Below, piece by piece: positions 25,907 to 38,600 of a stretch of 64,000 nt of DNA. Position 1 is the stretch's first letter. Each line of letters starts with the position of its first letter. Below the pieces are notes generated by a model. That model was not told the DNA's origin, ran no database searches, and saw nothing but the letters and a program-made list of their open reading frames with translations. Origin of the DNA: Chrysomallon squamiferum (Eukaryota; Animalia; Mollusca); NCBI GenBank assembly GCA_012295275.1, contig CM022678.1:13950001-14014000 (forward strand). The letters are read 5' to 3'. The position numbers and the translations under genes were made by a program.

Positions 25907-28139
25907 TATGTCATTTTAACACTATCAAAATTAAAGGTTTTACATGTCTAAAATAATATTATCATTGTCAAAGAAATGCTGCACTCTCTAGGCAATTAAA
26001 CTACCAATCAAAACAAATTAAAACTCTTTTATCTTTTTAAGGGACCTGTTCATCAGATGACTAGTTACTTTGTTTTACAGTAATGTCATCTACTAACTTT
26101 GTATTTTCTTTTATGATCAATGAAACCACATAAAATTGTGCACAGTGTATTAGATAACTTTATTTGACATGTGAACCTGAATTACAAATTGTATTTGCAA
26201 CTTGGCAAATATTTTGATATAATGGTCTGGCATTCATTATACTGACCTTTCTTTAAATTTTATTTATTTCAACAGAATAGAAATACTAACATATCAAGAT
26301 AGTTTCCTAGGTAAAAGTCCACACTATGACCAAAAGATTTGTTGACATAAATCATTCTGACTCAACAGGATAAAAAAAAATATACATACTTCAGCCTGTG
26401 ATGTTAACATAAACAAAATATCAGCACAAAGAATATTAAACAAAAATAGCTAAATTTCTATCACATGTGTCTGTGAGAAGAGTTATGTAAATTATGAAAA
26501 TCTAAAATATTTGCCACTGATTTAAATTGTAAAATGTGACTGAAAATTAACAACCTTAAAATCTCAGTACACTTGACAAGAATAAAACAAAACAAAAAAA
26601 TGATTCTAATACTTAGTAATAGTTAACATGTAACAGAAATACTGTCATTTTTGTCACATACAACTGCTTCTACCAGAGTTGTTTCACAATATGGTTCTGG
26701 CTATATGCAAATGGTTCAAATAATTTGAACAGCAAAATATTTTCACATCTCTTTTAGGACATAACATCCAGAATATAACCTGCTCAGAAATCATGACCAG
26801 AAGCAGAAATCATGCTTTATGAATTTATATATATATTTATATGTGTGGCAAACATCACATGCCTACCAGTAACTTTTCACTCACATTGATGAAATAAGCC
26901 AGAAATACATTTGGTTATATTTAATGTGTGTGTTTGTGTATTACAGGAATGTATAAAATTTACAAAACAATAACCTATTTTAATCTGACAGCTACATCAT
27001 TCCATGTCAGTTCAGTCAGTGGGTGTAACATGACCAATTTCAATTTTTATAAAAATTAATAGTTTGCATTGATTTACACACACTCAAACAGATATCCAAT
27101 GCTCAAGTAATATTTTTCCTCAATTGTTTTCTAAATACTCCCTTTCAATATCTCACCCTTTTGGTCAAAATAGGTGTAGTCACCTGTCTTTAGACCCCCA
27201 ATATTTCATTACCCTTGAAACAATCCTTGATGTTTTATATATATATATATATTTAAATCTAGATATGCTATATTCTTTATAAGTCTGCAAATCAAAGAAA
27301 GCATACGTGAGGTAATAAGTATGTTAAAGGCATGTACAATTTAAAATCATCAACTGCACGTTTCCTCCAAAGTTCTGGCATACTGTCAAAGTAGCAACAT
27401 TAATGCATAAAAATGCTTTATACCTCCTAGTCCATGACAATACTGAAAGAAAACACACCAAATATCCACTACAAAATCAAAAAATATATTTTTTGGTGTT
27501 GCCCAATTCCTTCTGCTTTTATAGAACTTCTAATGTTTCATGCCAAATACCTGATAGTTTTGACTGGTCTATATGTACTGATACTACAGTTAACACTCAT
27601 AAGCATGATCAACATTAATAGAATAATCCTCAGAACAGCATTTCATGTTTATGAGTGATCGAGCTAGTAAATGTATAAATGTAAAAAATTAACAAGATCA
27701 TGGTCTTCCCACCATAACTGTGATAAGCTTTTTTGTCCACATGATAATTTTTCTCCACCACTCTGATAACATATGTGTTTGATATTTTGACTACTGATAA
27801 GGACATATTACTGACATTTATTTTTATTTTTTATTTTTCTCATCAGCAGAAACATGTCTGTTAAATATGAATAATTTTTTTCAGAACTACTTAAAAGTAT
27901 TATTGATCAATTTATATTTACAGACTAAATATAAAATACCATGTGTGAGGTCACAAGCCTAATGTGGTCAAACTGAATATTATTAGTTAGCCATTACAAA
28001 TTCAGTATTGTTTCTAAGCTTATAAATTTGTATTTATTTATTTTTTTTATATTAAAGCAAAATAACACTAAATTCACATAAATAAAATGTATAATTTTTT
28101 GTTTATATATATATATATATTTTTATTTTTCATATTCAG

Positions 28140-28341
28140 TCTCAAGATTCCTTTGTAACCAGTCCTCCACAAGATTACAGTGACATGCAGTCCAGTAGTT
28201 ATGATGCAGACTATATATCAGATATCAGTCAAAAAATGCAAATTCCTGATAGAATTTCAATGGATGGGATTACTGACCTACGTGGAGGTCAGAATCGACA
28301 GACGTCTCACATGATGGTACCTGATAGAATACTAGTAGCAG
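28140..28341 (+). CDS. MFF: MFF coding exon 2
   Basis: atattcag acceptor and G|gttggt donor, 202 nt; ...YISDISQKMQIPDRI...MMVPDRILVAG, the two N-terminal Drp1-recruiting repeats of Mff/Tango11. Confidence 0.93.
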
Positions 28342-28800
28342 GTTGGTAATATATTAACATTGAGTGATTGGTGTAAAAAAAAAATAATTAACTTGAAATG
28401 GTAGATATACAAACACGTATATTCATGACTATGATCAGATTGTGGCTGAAGGATTAGAGCACAGGAATGATGCTGATAGGTCCCTGCATCCTCATATCAT
28501 AAAATCAAACTAATATAATCATTATTATAGTTTTGCTGTTCCTTGAAACAACAAAAAATTATCTGACAAACAAGGACTGTGATTAAAAATAAGGGAAGAG
28601 TGTGATGAATCACAGATTCCTGCACCTTTCCATTTTCCATCCCAGTCAGTTTACTAGAATATTAATTTTTTTATCAAAGTCTTTGTGAATGTTTTTCCTC
28701 TGCCATTTTCAGTATACATGCAATGCAGTGTAACTGATTCTACGACAAAGCAGCTAAAAATGCAATTAAGACAAATATCATAATGTTTTATTATTTTCAG

Positions 28801-28999
28801 GTGATGAAAAACACATAGGTTTAAAAGGTGGTTTGCAGTCATTGGATTTCAGCAGTGTAGTTCCTTCACCTGATTCCATGTCTTATGTGGGTCTGATAAC
28901 GCCACCTCGCACTCTAACCCTTGAAGAGAGATTTCCTGTAGTGGAAGAACCAGAGATTTCCATTTCAACAGAAATGCCTCAAAAACGTGAATCTAATGG
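28801..28999 (+). CDS. MFF: MFF coding exon 3
   Basis: ttttcag acceptor and GG|gtgaga donor, 199 nt, phase 1/2; contains LITPPRTLTLEE (conserved TPPRVLTL motif). Confidence 0.93.
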
Positions 29000-29484
29000 G
29001 TGAGATTTTTCTTTAAAGTATTAAATAAATTAAGAGATAAGACTACAACTGGATGAATTGACATATGGATTTTGTTAGATTATAACAACAGTAAATGTTT
29101 GGTTTTGGTTTTATATGCCATTTGGATGCATTGAATCAAAAATTAAAGCATTTACATAGCAAGTACGTACAGTGATCCTGTCTGTGTGCTAGCTAGAATA
29201 ATATTTAAATGTTAACACTGACTGAAGTTCTCACAAATATTTATTTTGATCACTTATAAAAAATGTAATCCAATTTTGCAAACACTCTGAATGGCAATGA
29301 TGTGTCAATCACAATGAATATGAATGCATACATTAACATGTTTGCTTGATATTTTGATAATTACAATATTAGATAATCTCTTGTTTATTTAAGAGGAATT
29401 TGTTATACAGAATATAATCACTTTCTTTCATTTTAAGTATGGATGGCTTTGATTAAATTGGAGTAAACTATTTCTGACAAATAC

Positions 29485-30655
29485 TTAATGTCTCTCTGCA
29501 GCCGATGTTGGTCGAAGCTGTTAAAAGTTCAGATTTTGTCCATTTTCCTCCACTTCCAATTCCCTTCTATAAAACCTACCACAAAAAACAAATACATGGA
29601 CATAAAGGTCATTACGTGCTCTTTTAAATGGTGTTTTTGTTTTTGTTGAACGTTAAATCAGTTCTTTGTACAAGAAAGTTAAACGCTGTGGGGTAAACGT
29701 AGTTCGGCGCCCGTGGACAGGAATTAACAGTGTGGAGTAAAAAGTCCTAAAATTGGGTCGCTCTACAAACACCTGGCTTGTTTTCATCAAAATGGCTTCA
29801 ATGTTATTTTTAGCACAGCAGGGAGGTGTCAAAGTTCAATCTTTCTAACCGTGTGCATGTCTTCGCTGGCAATCGCTTATATCAAAAGTTGTGTCCAAAA
29901 ATGTACTTTTTCATGCCATCAAATCAGTTTTGAAAAAAAGGCTGAAAATAAAACCTATGTTCACGGGATCAAATGAAAGTTCATTCAATTACCTTTCAAA
30001 CAATGTGCGACGTGCATTCTTTGGCGAAAAGAAGCTCCACGTTTAAAAGTAGCACGTGCTTAGCGAAATTGCCATTAAGTTACATTTTCTACTGACCGAA
30101 ATCGCCGTAGATGTTATGCACAACTAGAATGGACTGGCGCTGTTTAAAATGATTATATTTGTATGTTGTTTATATTTTAATAACTTGTTGGCTGTATGTT
30201 TTTCTTCAGTGTTCCTACTTTTAGCGTATACATTATAGCACGTGCGTAGCGGAATCGCCGTAAATTATTTCAAACCTAGTCAAATCGCCGTAGATTTGTA
30301 TGTGCAACTAAAAAGAATTGGCGCTATTTAAATGATTAAATTTCTGTGTTGATCCTATTTTTTGTAACTTGTAGGATGCATGTTTTATTATATGTTATGA
30401 ATTTTACTGAATATAATATGAATACGTTCTGAAATAAAGGAATTAACATTGGTTTGCCGATAACTTCCGTTCTAAAGCAGTCGATTATTTTGCTTTCAAA
30501 ATTGTTGTGATAAACGGCAATTAAAAATCATAAACATAACAAACTGTACTACGTAATAGAACAATGTATTCAGAGGTATTGATGGAATGCTGAATAAAAA
30601 ACCAAACACATTCCTTTTATTAAAATATAAATCCATAAATTAAAGAGTTTTAAAA
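29485..30655. mobile_element. CpG-rich insertion in MFF intron 3, probable non-autonomous DNA transposon
   Basis: Abrupt rise in CpG content, internal ~186-bp tandem duplication (30051 and 30237), tgaaag...ctttca dyad at about 29974-29998, TTAA near both approximate ends. Family and exact ends are uncertain. Confidence 0.45.
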
Positions 30656-31708
30656 CATTAATTCTGCTTGTTCATAAGCTCTATCAGACACATTTCCAAC
30701 AATGGTCAGATAGTACATAACTGTTGTTTGCTGTCAAATCACAGCAAGTACAAAGCCAAGAAAATTATTTTATGTCTGCTTCATATGACAGACATATCAC
30801 TCCTGTGTTTTTAATTGCCACTAGTCCAGTGATTACATAAATTTTATTGCTCCTAATTAATACCTGCAACACCTTTCTGGAGTAGACTCTAAGGATCAGC
30901 AGAGTTTATGTATTGCAGAGGATTATAGTTAAACATCAAATGCTTGTAGTCATTTTAAGTAACATTTATATATATATATATCACAGTATTTTAACTTATT
31001 ACTACTAATTATTTAATAGAGTGAAAATTCAAGCTGCTTATGTCAATAAAGTTGTGCTGTTCTGTGTAAACTGAACAAATAAAATTTTGTATGGGCTTGT
31101 CAGGGAGAACATATTTTTTTATTAGAAATGTTAGATTCAGGTATGTCATTTGAAAGAACTTGATAGGTCGAATATTTCAAATAAGACAAAATCTGAAACC
31201 ACAGTGTCCATTTGCATTTTAGTCAGTCTGCCGTGCGTCATTTTGAAGATTTTGGCATGTTTAGCATGTTATTGTGAACACACATACAAACATACAGGTC
31301 TGATAAAAATTGAGCTCATTTAGCAAGTTGGTCCTATCACTTGTTGATTTTCATTCGTTCGTGTCAATTACTTCTGAAGCTATAGTTAGCTCTTTCTGCA
31401 AATTAGCCAAAATATGGCTGAAAACTGACCAAATACCTGTCGTACTGATTTGCATATATCTTTTGAACTGCTGGAGATGTCATAATTTTTTGTGTGTTTT
31501 GTTTCTTTTTGCTACAGCTTTCATTATGTGCTAATTTTTGTGCATATTATATGAAATTAAAGTCAGAAGAAATTGGCTTGCTGGTACCTACTCTGTCACT
31601 CGTATAGGTTATAAAAGATTGTCTTTGATTACATCTCTCTTTCTGCTTTGGAATCAATCTGTGTATGTATCTTTTTGCATAATAATACAACATTATTTAC
31701 TCATGCAG

Positions 31709-31937
31709 GCTAGCTCCAGTGCCATACACGCCAGGAATTTCACCCAATGACATGGTGTTGTTAAATGAGGAAGATGAGACAACTCTGCTGAGAACACAAG
31801 TAGCTAAAATTACACGTCGCCTGACTGTGATGGAGCAAGAGAACCAACGCAGAGCAAACAGAGAGCTTTTCTTGTACCCAGCCATATTTGGATATTTTGT
31901 TTTAAAAGTTTTCTGGTGGTTTTTTAGAAGGAGATAA
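31709..31937 (+). CDS. MFF: MFF coding exon 4 (terminal)
   Basis: tcatgcag acceptor, phase 2; coiled coil LLRTQVAKITRRLTVMEQENQRRANRE followed by tail anchor LFLYPAIFGYFVLKVFWWFF and RRR*. The spliced CDS is 654 nt (217 aa). Confidence 0.95.
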
Positions 31938-34900
31938 ATTTGGTGGAGGAAAAAAAAAAATTCAAAATTTATATATGGTATACAGATACAAGTCAAAAAT
32001 CCTTTAACCAAAATGTTTAGGACAGGAAGAAATTTGGATCATAGAATTTCTTTTTCATTTTGGAATCCAAGGATATATATCCAGATAATAGGAACCATGT
32101 CAAACACTAATTATTTGTACTTCATTTACAGCTTAAGCAAATAGTTAAGGATTTTCAATATAATTTTTAATAACTTAGTGCATCAAATAATGTTTGTGTA
32201 TGCAAAATGGTCCAAAAACTGGAATTTATACCATTCATTCTGCTCAGAAAACAATCCAGATTTTGAAATTTCAGATAAGAGATCCTTAACCAGCATTAAA
32301 TAATTAAAAAACCCACAAAAATACAACATGATTTAAGTTAAAATATAACATTTTTATAGTACTTTTGATATAATTAAATTTGGTTTATCAATGTTTCCAT
32401 AAGTTTCTGTTAGTAACCTACTTATGATTTTGATGATCCATCAGTAAAACAAATTGTTGATTACAAAATTCATTAACATAAATTAATACTGGGTGTAATA
32501 TAATAATTTAAAAAAAATAGGAAATCTTGTAAAAAATCCTATTTTTGTATTCTTATTCAATTGCAGATTGTTTTTTATGGATAGTAAAATTAATGCAATA
32601 TCTTTAAAGAGAATGGAAAAGAAAGGTAGTAAATATGAGTTAGTTTTATGACTTGCAATTTAAATAAAACTAAAATTAATGTGATGGATAAAACATTTCT
32701 GAAAAGACTTCACATTCCTAATATTAAAAAAGATATTGAGATTAAAATATGAAGAAAAAACAATAATATAAAACACATTAGGAAGTATTACTGAAATAAC
32801 ATTCTAATACAGAATTTCTGAAAAATATAAAACTAATAAAAACATTATATTTTTAAAACGTCTGAAATAACTGACATACAAATGTTTTTTTTGCAATGAA
32901 AAAACATACAAATATAAATTTTATTAGTGTTTACTTTTTGAAATATACCGGTATTAAATTCATTTTTTTAATAGTGAGGATATGTTTGAAATGGCACACA
33001 GCAACTTTAGTCTTCTTTTTAATCACAGTAGTAACAAAGCTTTAGATATTATACGTATAACATTACAGAACGTATTTGATTCATAGTTTTACCATTTAAA
33101 AATATTTTCAAGCTTTAACAGAACTAAAGTATTTACTGAAATGTTAGGAATGGGCAAGGTATGAAAGTGTAAAATTAGACCAATGCTACTTTGTGATAAT
33201 TTTTTGATGATATTGCAAAAATAAATCTAATAATGCTTTTTGATTTTTTATTTTTATTTTTTATAAATCATCTTAAGGATTTTATAGAACGATTGACAAA
33301 ATACTCTGACCCATAATATCTATAAAATGTTTTGCAATATTGAAAGAGAAGAAGTATACATGAAGATTAGGAAATATTTTTGGAAACCTTAATGTCATAC
33401 AGTTTTTAATTAAAAAAAACCCCAACAAAAAACCAAAAATGTATATGTATATAATATATATATATAAAAAAGTCACAAAATTTTTAACTGTTAAACATAT
33501 TTGCATCTTAGTATACAACCTTAAGTTTGGTTTTTATAATAAAGGCATTCTTTTAAAATTTTATATGTCTTAAGCAGTCTAAGATGTCATTCAACTCTTG
33601 ATACATGAATATTTTTTTTTTTTGTCTTTTACACCTGTGTCCCAATAGCTGAATTTAAAATATTTACATATGATGCAAAAGAATGTAACAATTTCTAAAA
33701 ATAATGTCTTTAGCAGTTTAGGCAATGGTAATGTTCAACTCATGAACCAGTTTTTCAGGTTCTCACCAAAAAGCTTTTATACTTGAAATTAAAACCTGCA
33801 ACACAGCACCACAAATTATGTCCCTTAATATCACCATTTTGCAAACTATTTTTACACTCTTTGCTATTCATGTTATTGTTTTGCTATATTTCGAAGAACT
33901 TCTCGTAAGATTTGTTGCTGGTAACCATTCTCAAACATTTGTGTTAGATTGTTGTCAAAATTGATTTCTGCCTAATGTGCCCAGTGGCTTTGCTGTCATA
34001 TCATCAAAATAATCTTTGTGCCCATTAGGAAGTCGGAACCAGCACAGTCAAAAAAAAAAAAAAAAACATGTTTCTCTCTCTCTCTCTCTATATATATACT
34101 AGATTGATAAGACTTCAGCAAAAAGATTGTTAACATTCAGATATTATTGTGCCAATGTATAAAGGATAAAAAAAGGTCCATCTGCAGAAATGTATTTAGG
34201 GGAATGCAATCAATGGCCCAAAATTTCAGCGTTGACAGGATGCTTGGGAACCTGTCACCAACCCAAGCATTTTAAAAATCTAGTATGCCTGAGATACATT
34301 TTCATGCATTCTGGGAAGTAAAATTGAAATGTTTCTTTATGCAAAATATATTAAATTTTATACAGAAATGAAATCTGTTTTATTTCTATAATGTACACAA
34401 GTTTATTCACTAATTCATGTGCTCATACATGAGTTGATCTCATTTACATTACAGATGTACAGACAAATGTATGTACACACAGACAAGAATAACAGTAGGT
34501 TATACTGAAACACAAACATTTGTGGGGACATAAAATAGGGAAATAGTATGTTGTCATTTTGGTCACCATATTGTTGGACAGCAGCCAATTTGACATGCTT
34601 CTGTTGCCTACTGATAATTTAAAATATCATTACATTGTGATCTATGATTGGGACTTGGACATGTAGCATAAAGCATGCAATTTTAGTGAAATATAACCAT
34701 GACGGTCAGCAGAAGCTTGTTGCAAATGGCATGACAAGTTGGCAAGGTAGATAATGAAGTTGGTGTCTGTCAGAAAGGATCCATTGAAAAAATTAATGAC
34801 ATTGGATAACATTTCTTCTTCAAGTTTTTTGTTTGTATAAAAGAACCTATGCGTCTTGTCAAAACCGGGCAACAAGTGAAGGTCACTTATTTGGGAGATG

Positions 34901-35559
34901 ATGTACATATGACATGTTGGTGGCATCAATTTTTGTGTTAAAGGCTGGGTTACTTTGGCACTATCTGAGTCGTATCGATGTTATTTCAGTATATGGTAAA
35001 CAGGATCAAACCTTAAAAAAAAATCTTGCAGATAACAGGACAACAATATTCTGAGTTGAAATTTATACTTTTAAGCAACTTTGATAAAAAGAAGTACAAG
35101 TCACTGAATATAAATTTATACATTTTTTAATTCTTTTTACAAACTTTTCCCACCTGGTATTTTAATTATTAATAATTTCTTATTAGTCATTATATTATTA
35201 ACAAATTGTTAATAATACAATTAGCAATGTTGACCCAAAAAGTAAATGAAATTTAGAGATAGAATTTATTTTCTTCGTAGTTTTTATTTGTTTACATACC
35301 ATGTTACTATGAATATGTAGATCAGAAATAGAATGGGTGACATTGCCACACCATCATGTATTCACTTTTGATTCAGATATGAGTTAGGGGAAACTGAGAA
35401 CTAATGAGTAATTTTTTTTAGATATTTGGCCATTTCATACAAACCTTGATAGCCGTTGACTGAAAAAACAATTGATGCTTATAGAGACATACATTGCTCT
35501 CAATTTCTATATAGTTTGATAGGTTGTCTTCAACAACATTATGTAACAGGGTCTCTGAT

Positions 35560-35874
35560 GGCTCATCTATCACATCTAAAATTATCAAATGTATTGAGTT
35601 CTGTTTTACTTAAAATGAGATCTGTAACAGGACTCACTATTGATTTCTATTTTACCAACATTGATCATTATAATTGTGACGCTATTCTGTTCTACTATCT
35701 AACCATGACCATATGAATGGTCACTGTATGATAGTCACAGTACTCTCTTCTGTTCTTCCTACAATGACCACCGATATTGAATTTTATTCTACCAACATTG
35801 ACGTGTATAATATTCTCACTATTGACTTCTATATTGCGTACATTGCTCATTATGACTGTCACGGTATTTCCTCC
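35560..35874 (+). repeat. Decayed ~43-46 bp minisatellite, left part
   Basis: Recurring tattga(c/t)ttctatt(c/t)tacc...tgacca...atggtcac units, same family as 37526-38520. Confidence 0.75.
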
Positions 35875-35882
35875 TTTTAGAT

Positions 35883-37517
35883 CGTGATTCTCAAACGCCG
35901 TGTCGCGACACACAAGTGTGTCGCGAAACTTTGTGACGAACACCCGAAAACACGGACAATGTGCATAAATCTCGGTTTCATGTTCTACTAATAAGCCTTG
36001 GAGGAAGGAACTTCCTTTCTCCAATGAATATGCACACATTCAAAGTCTACCGATCAGTGGCGGCCAGCAACTGAGACGTCAGTGTGATAGGTTGTGTGTG
36101 CGCGTGCGTAATGCCGATTGCCGAATTAACTTCGCTGTGTTTTAAATTATTGTCATTCTTAAACACTTATTAGTAAAGAGATGTAGCTAACTAGGTGTAT
36201 TTAGTTAAGAAATTATGCAAGTTAGAACAGACTTTGCAAATCTGTCGTCACGGCAAATCTGTTCAGTTAACAGTGTTTACTATTTACTTACTTCGAACTC
36301 AATCGTACTACACACTCAATTTTGACCTCTAAATTACAGATGAATTTAAACTAAATTAGCTTGTGACTAATCATAACTAGAACTGAACGCTGTTTTCTGT
36401 GCTTGCATATTTTTCAATTTGTTTAGCTCAGAATCAGTGTTGTTCACGTACTTTCAAACTATTGTTTTTAGCTCGCAATACTTGAGTTAAATCATATGGT
36501 GAATTAATTAAATAAGGATATTCAATTTTTGTTATTGCATTGGTAGAATAAAGGTTAATTTTTACCATATATTTCAGAAGGTGATTGAGTATAAAAAATT
36601 TGAACACTACTTAATGTTCCAGTTTGACACAGGAGGTTGACCGTTGACACACGGATCAGTTTAACACTGCCTGTTGTTTACTGTTATTGGTTAGAGTACG
36701 CGCGTGTTAATTGCTTATGAATACCCCTTCACAATGGATACATTTGTTAAAAGGAAGGATGTTAGTGAGGTTGAGACAGAACATATAATGAAGCCCACAA
36801 AATCCAGCACAAAAAAGGCAAACGTTCACCATAATAGACGGTATTTAAAGTTTGGAGTTTCTTGGTCAGGAGATGTTGCTCAACCATGTCCATTATGTAT
36901 AGTTTGTGGTGAAGAAATGGCCAATGAATCCATGGTACCAAATAAAACACTACTTTCCGTCGCTGAACACTGAAAAGTACGACTGGGTTCGTAATCCTTT
37001 TGTAGATGTTCCTTCTAATATTGGGTTTAAATTATGCGAAGAAGAATTGGCTACCATTTCAAGTGACCGCAGTCTTAAAATAAAGCATTCTGACGTAGAT
37101 ATCGACACATTTTGGATTTCAATACAAAAGGAATTTCCCGCATTAGCTGAAAAAGCCCTATTAGTTCTTTTACAATTCTCTACTTCTTATTTGTGTGAGG
37201 GCTTTTCAACCTTAAATAATATAAAAAATAAGAAGAGAGAAAGACTACGTTCCACTGAAGAAAAAATGAGCGTTTGCTTATCGCACATACGACCAAATAT
37301 TCAAGAAGTCATAAGACAACACCAGGCACAAGTTTCACACTAGGTAAGTGGCAACTCTGGGATACTAACATAATAAACTGTATCAGACAAGTCCATATAT
37401 GTATTTATTAATTTATTTTACGATTTCATCATATAATATTTAAAATTATTACTGTGTCGCGACAGTTTCATGCGCTCGTAGGTATGTCGAGAGTAAAAAA
37501 AAGGTTGAGAAACACTG
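35883..37517 (+). mobile_element. Buster/Charlie-type hAT element, internally deleted (1635 bp)
   Basis: Termini c-gtgattctcaaac and ggttgagaaacactg; 8-bp target duplication ttttagat/ttttagac with central TA; subterminal tgtcgcga repeats at both ends. The N-terminal BED-finger piece (YLKFG...PLCIVCGEEMANESMVPNK) is joined out of frame to the C-terminal dimerisation domain (DWVRNPF...FW...EFPALAEKALLVLLQFSTSYLCEGFS...QAQVSH*). Confidence 0.92.
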
Positions 37518-37525
37518 TTTTAGAC

Positions 37526-38520
37526 CAACCATCATCATATCAATGGTCACTGTTTGATGGTCACAGTAATGGGTTCTATTCTACCGACACTGACCATTTT
37601 AACAGTCACAGTATTGACTTACGTTACACATACAATGACCTCTAAAAGAATCACAGGTATTGACTTCTGTTCTACCATCAATGACGTCTATAAAGGTGTT
37701 AGTATTGACTTACATTCTTCCTATACTGACAACTATAATGGTCACAGTGTATAATAGTCTCATTATTGACTTCTATTTTACCTACATTCATCACCATAAC
37801 CGACACACTATTCTCTTCTATTATACCAACCATGACCACATAATGGTCACTGAATGATAGTCACAGTACTGACTTATATTCTAGCTACAACGACCCCTAA
37901 AATTACCACAGTTATTGACTTTCATTCTACCTACAATGATATGTATAACGGTCTCAGTATTGACTTCTCTCCTACCTGCGTTGAGTACAATAATGTTAAT
38001 CGGTATTCTGTTGTATTACGCCTTTATAAACACTTGTAATGGTCACTGTTTGATGGTCACAGTATTGACTTGTGTTACACCTACAGTGACCACTAAAAGA
38101 ATCACAGGTATTTTCTGTTCTACCAACAATGCCGTCTACAAAAGGTCTTAGTATTGACTTCTATTCTTCCTACACTGACAGCTATAATGGTCATAGTATT
38201 GACGTTTGTTACACCAAAGATTATCAAATGTATTGAGTTCTGTTTTACCTACAGTGAGATGCCTAATATTTTCTCACTATTCGCTTCTATTTCACCTACA
38301 TTGTTCACGTTAATTGTCACTCTATTCTCTTCTATTATAGCAGCCATGACCATATTAATGGTCACTTTTATTCTGCCTACAATGACCTCTATAATTATCA
38401 TAGGTATTGAATTTCATTCAAACCAACAGTGACGTCTATAAAGGTCTGAGTATTGATTTCTATTCTTCGTACCTCTGACAACTATAGTGGTCACCGTGAT
38501 GACGTCTATTACAACTAAGA
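37526..38520 (+). repeat. Decayed ~43-46 bp minisatellite, right part, with ~500 bp higher-order duplication
   Basis: Approximate consensus GTATTGACTTCTATTCTACCTACAATGACCACTATAATGGTCACA; atggtcactgtttgatggtcacagta recurs at about 37543 and 38039. Confidence 0.85.
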
Positions 38521-38600
38521 TTACAAACGCATTTAAACCTATTTGTTGTCTACACACAATTGAAAAACTCATTGAGTTTGCGAAGCCGGAGACGTTCCAG

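Noticed and set aside
34642-35010. Higher-GC, coding-looking stretch downstream of MFF
   Set aside because: No recognisable domain or consistent exon chain in the frames examined.
37454-38432. Cluster of Thr/Ile/Val-rich ORFs
   Set aside because: Translations of the ~43-46 bp minisatellite.
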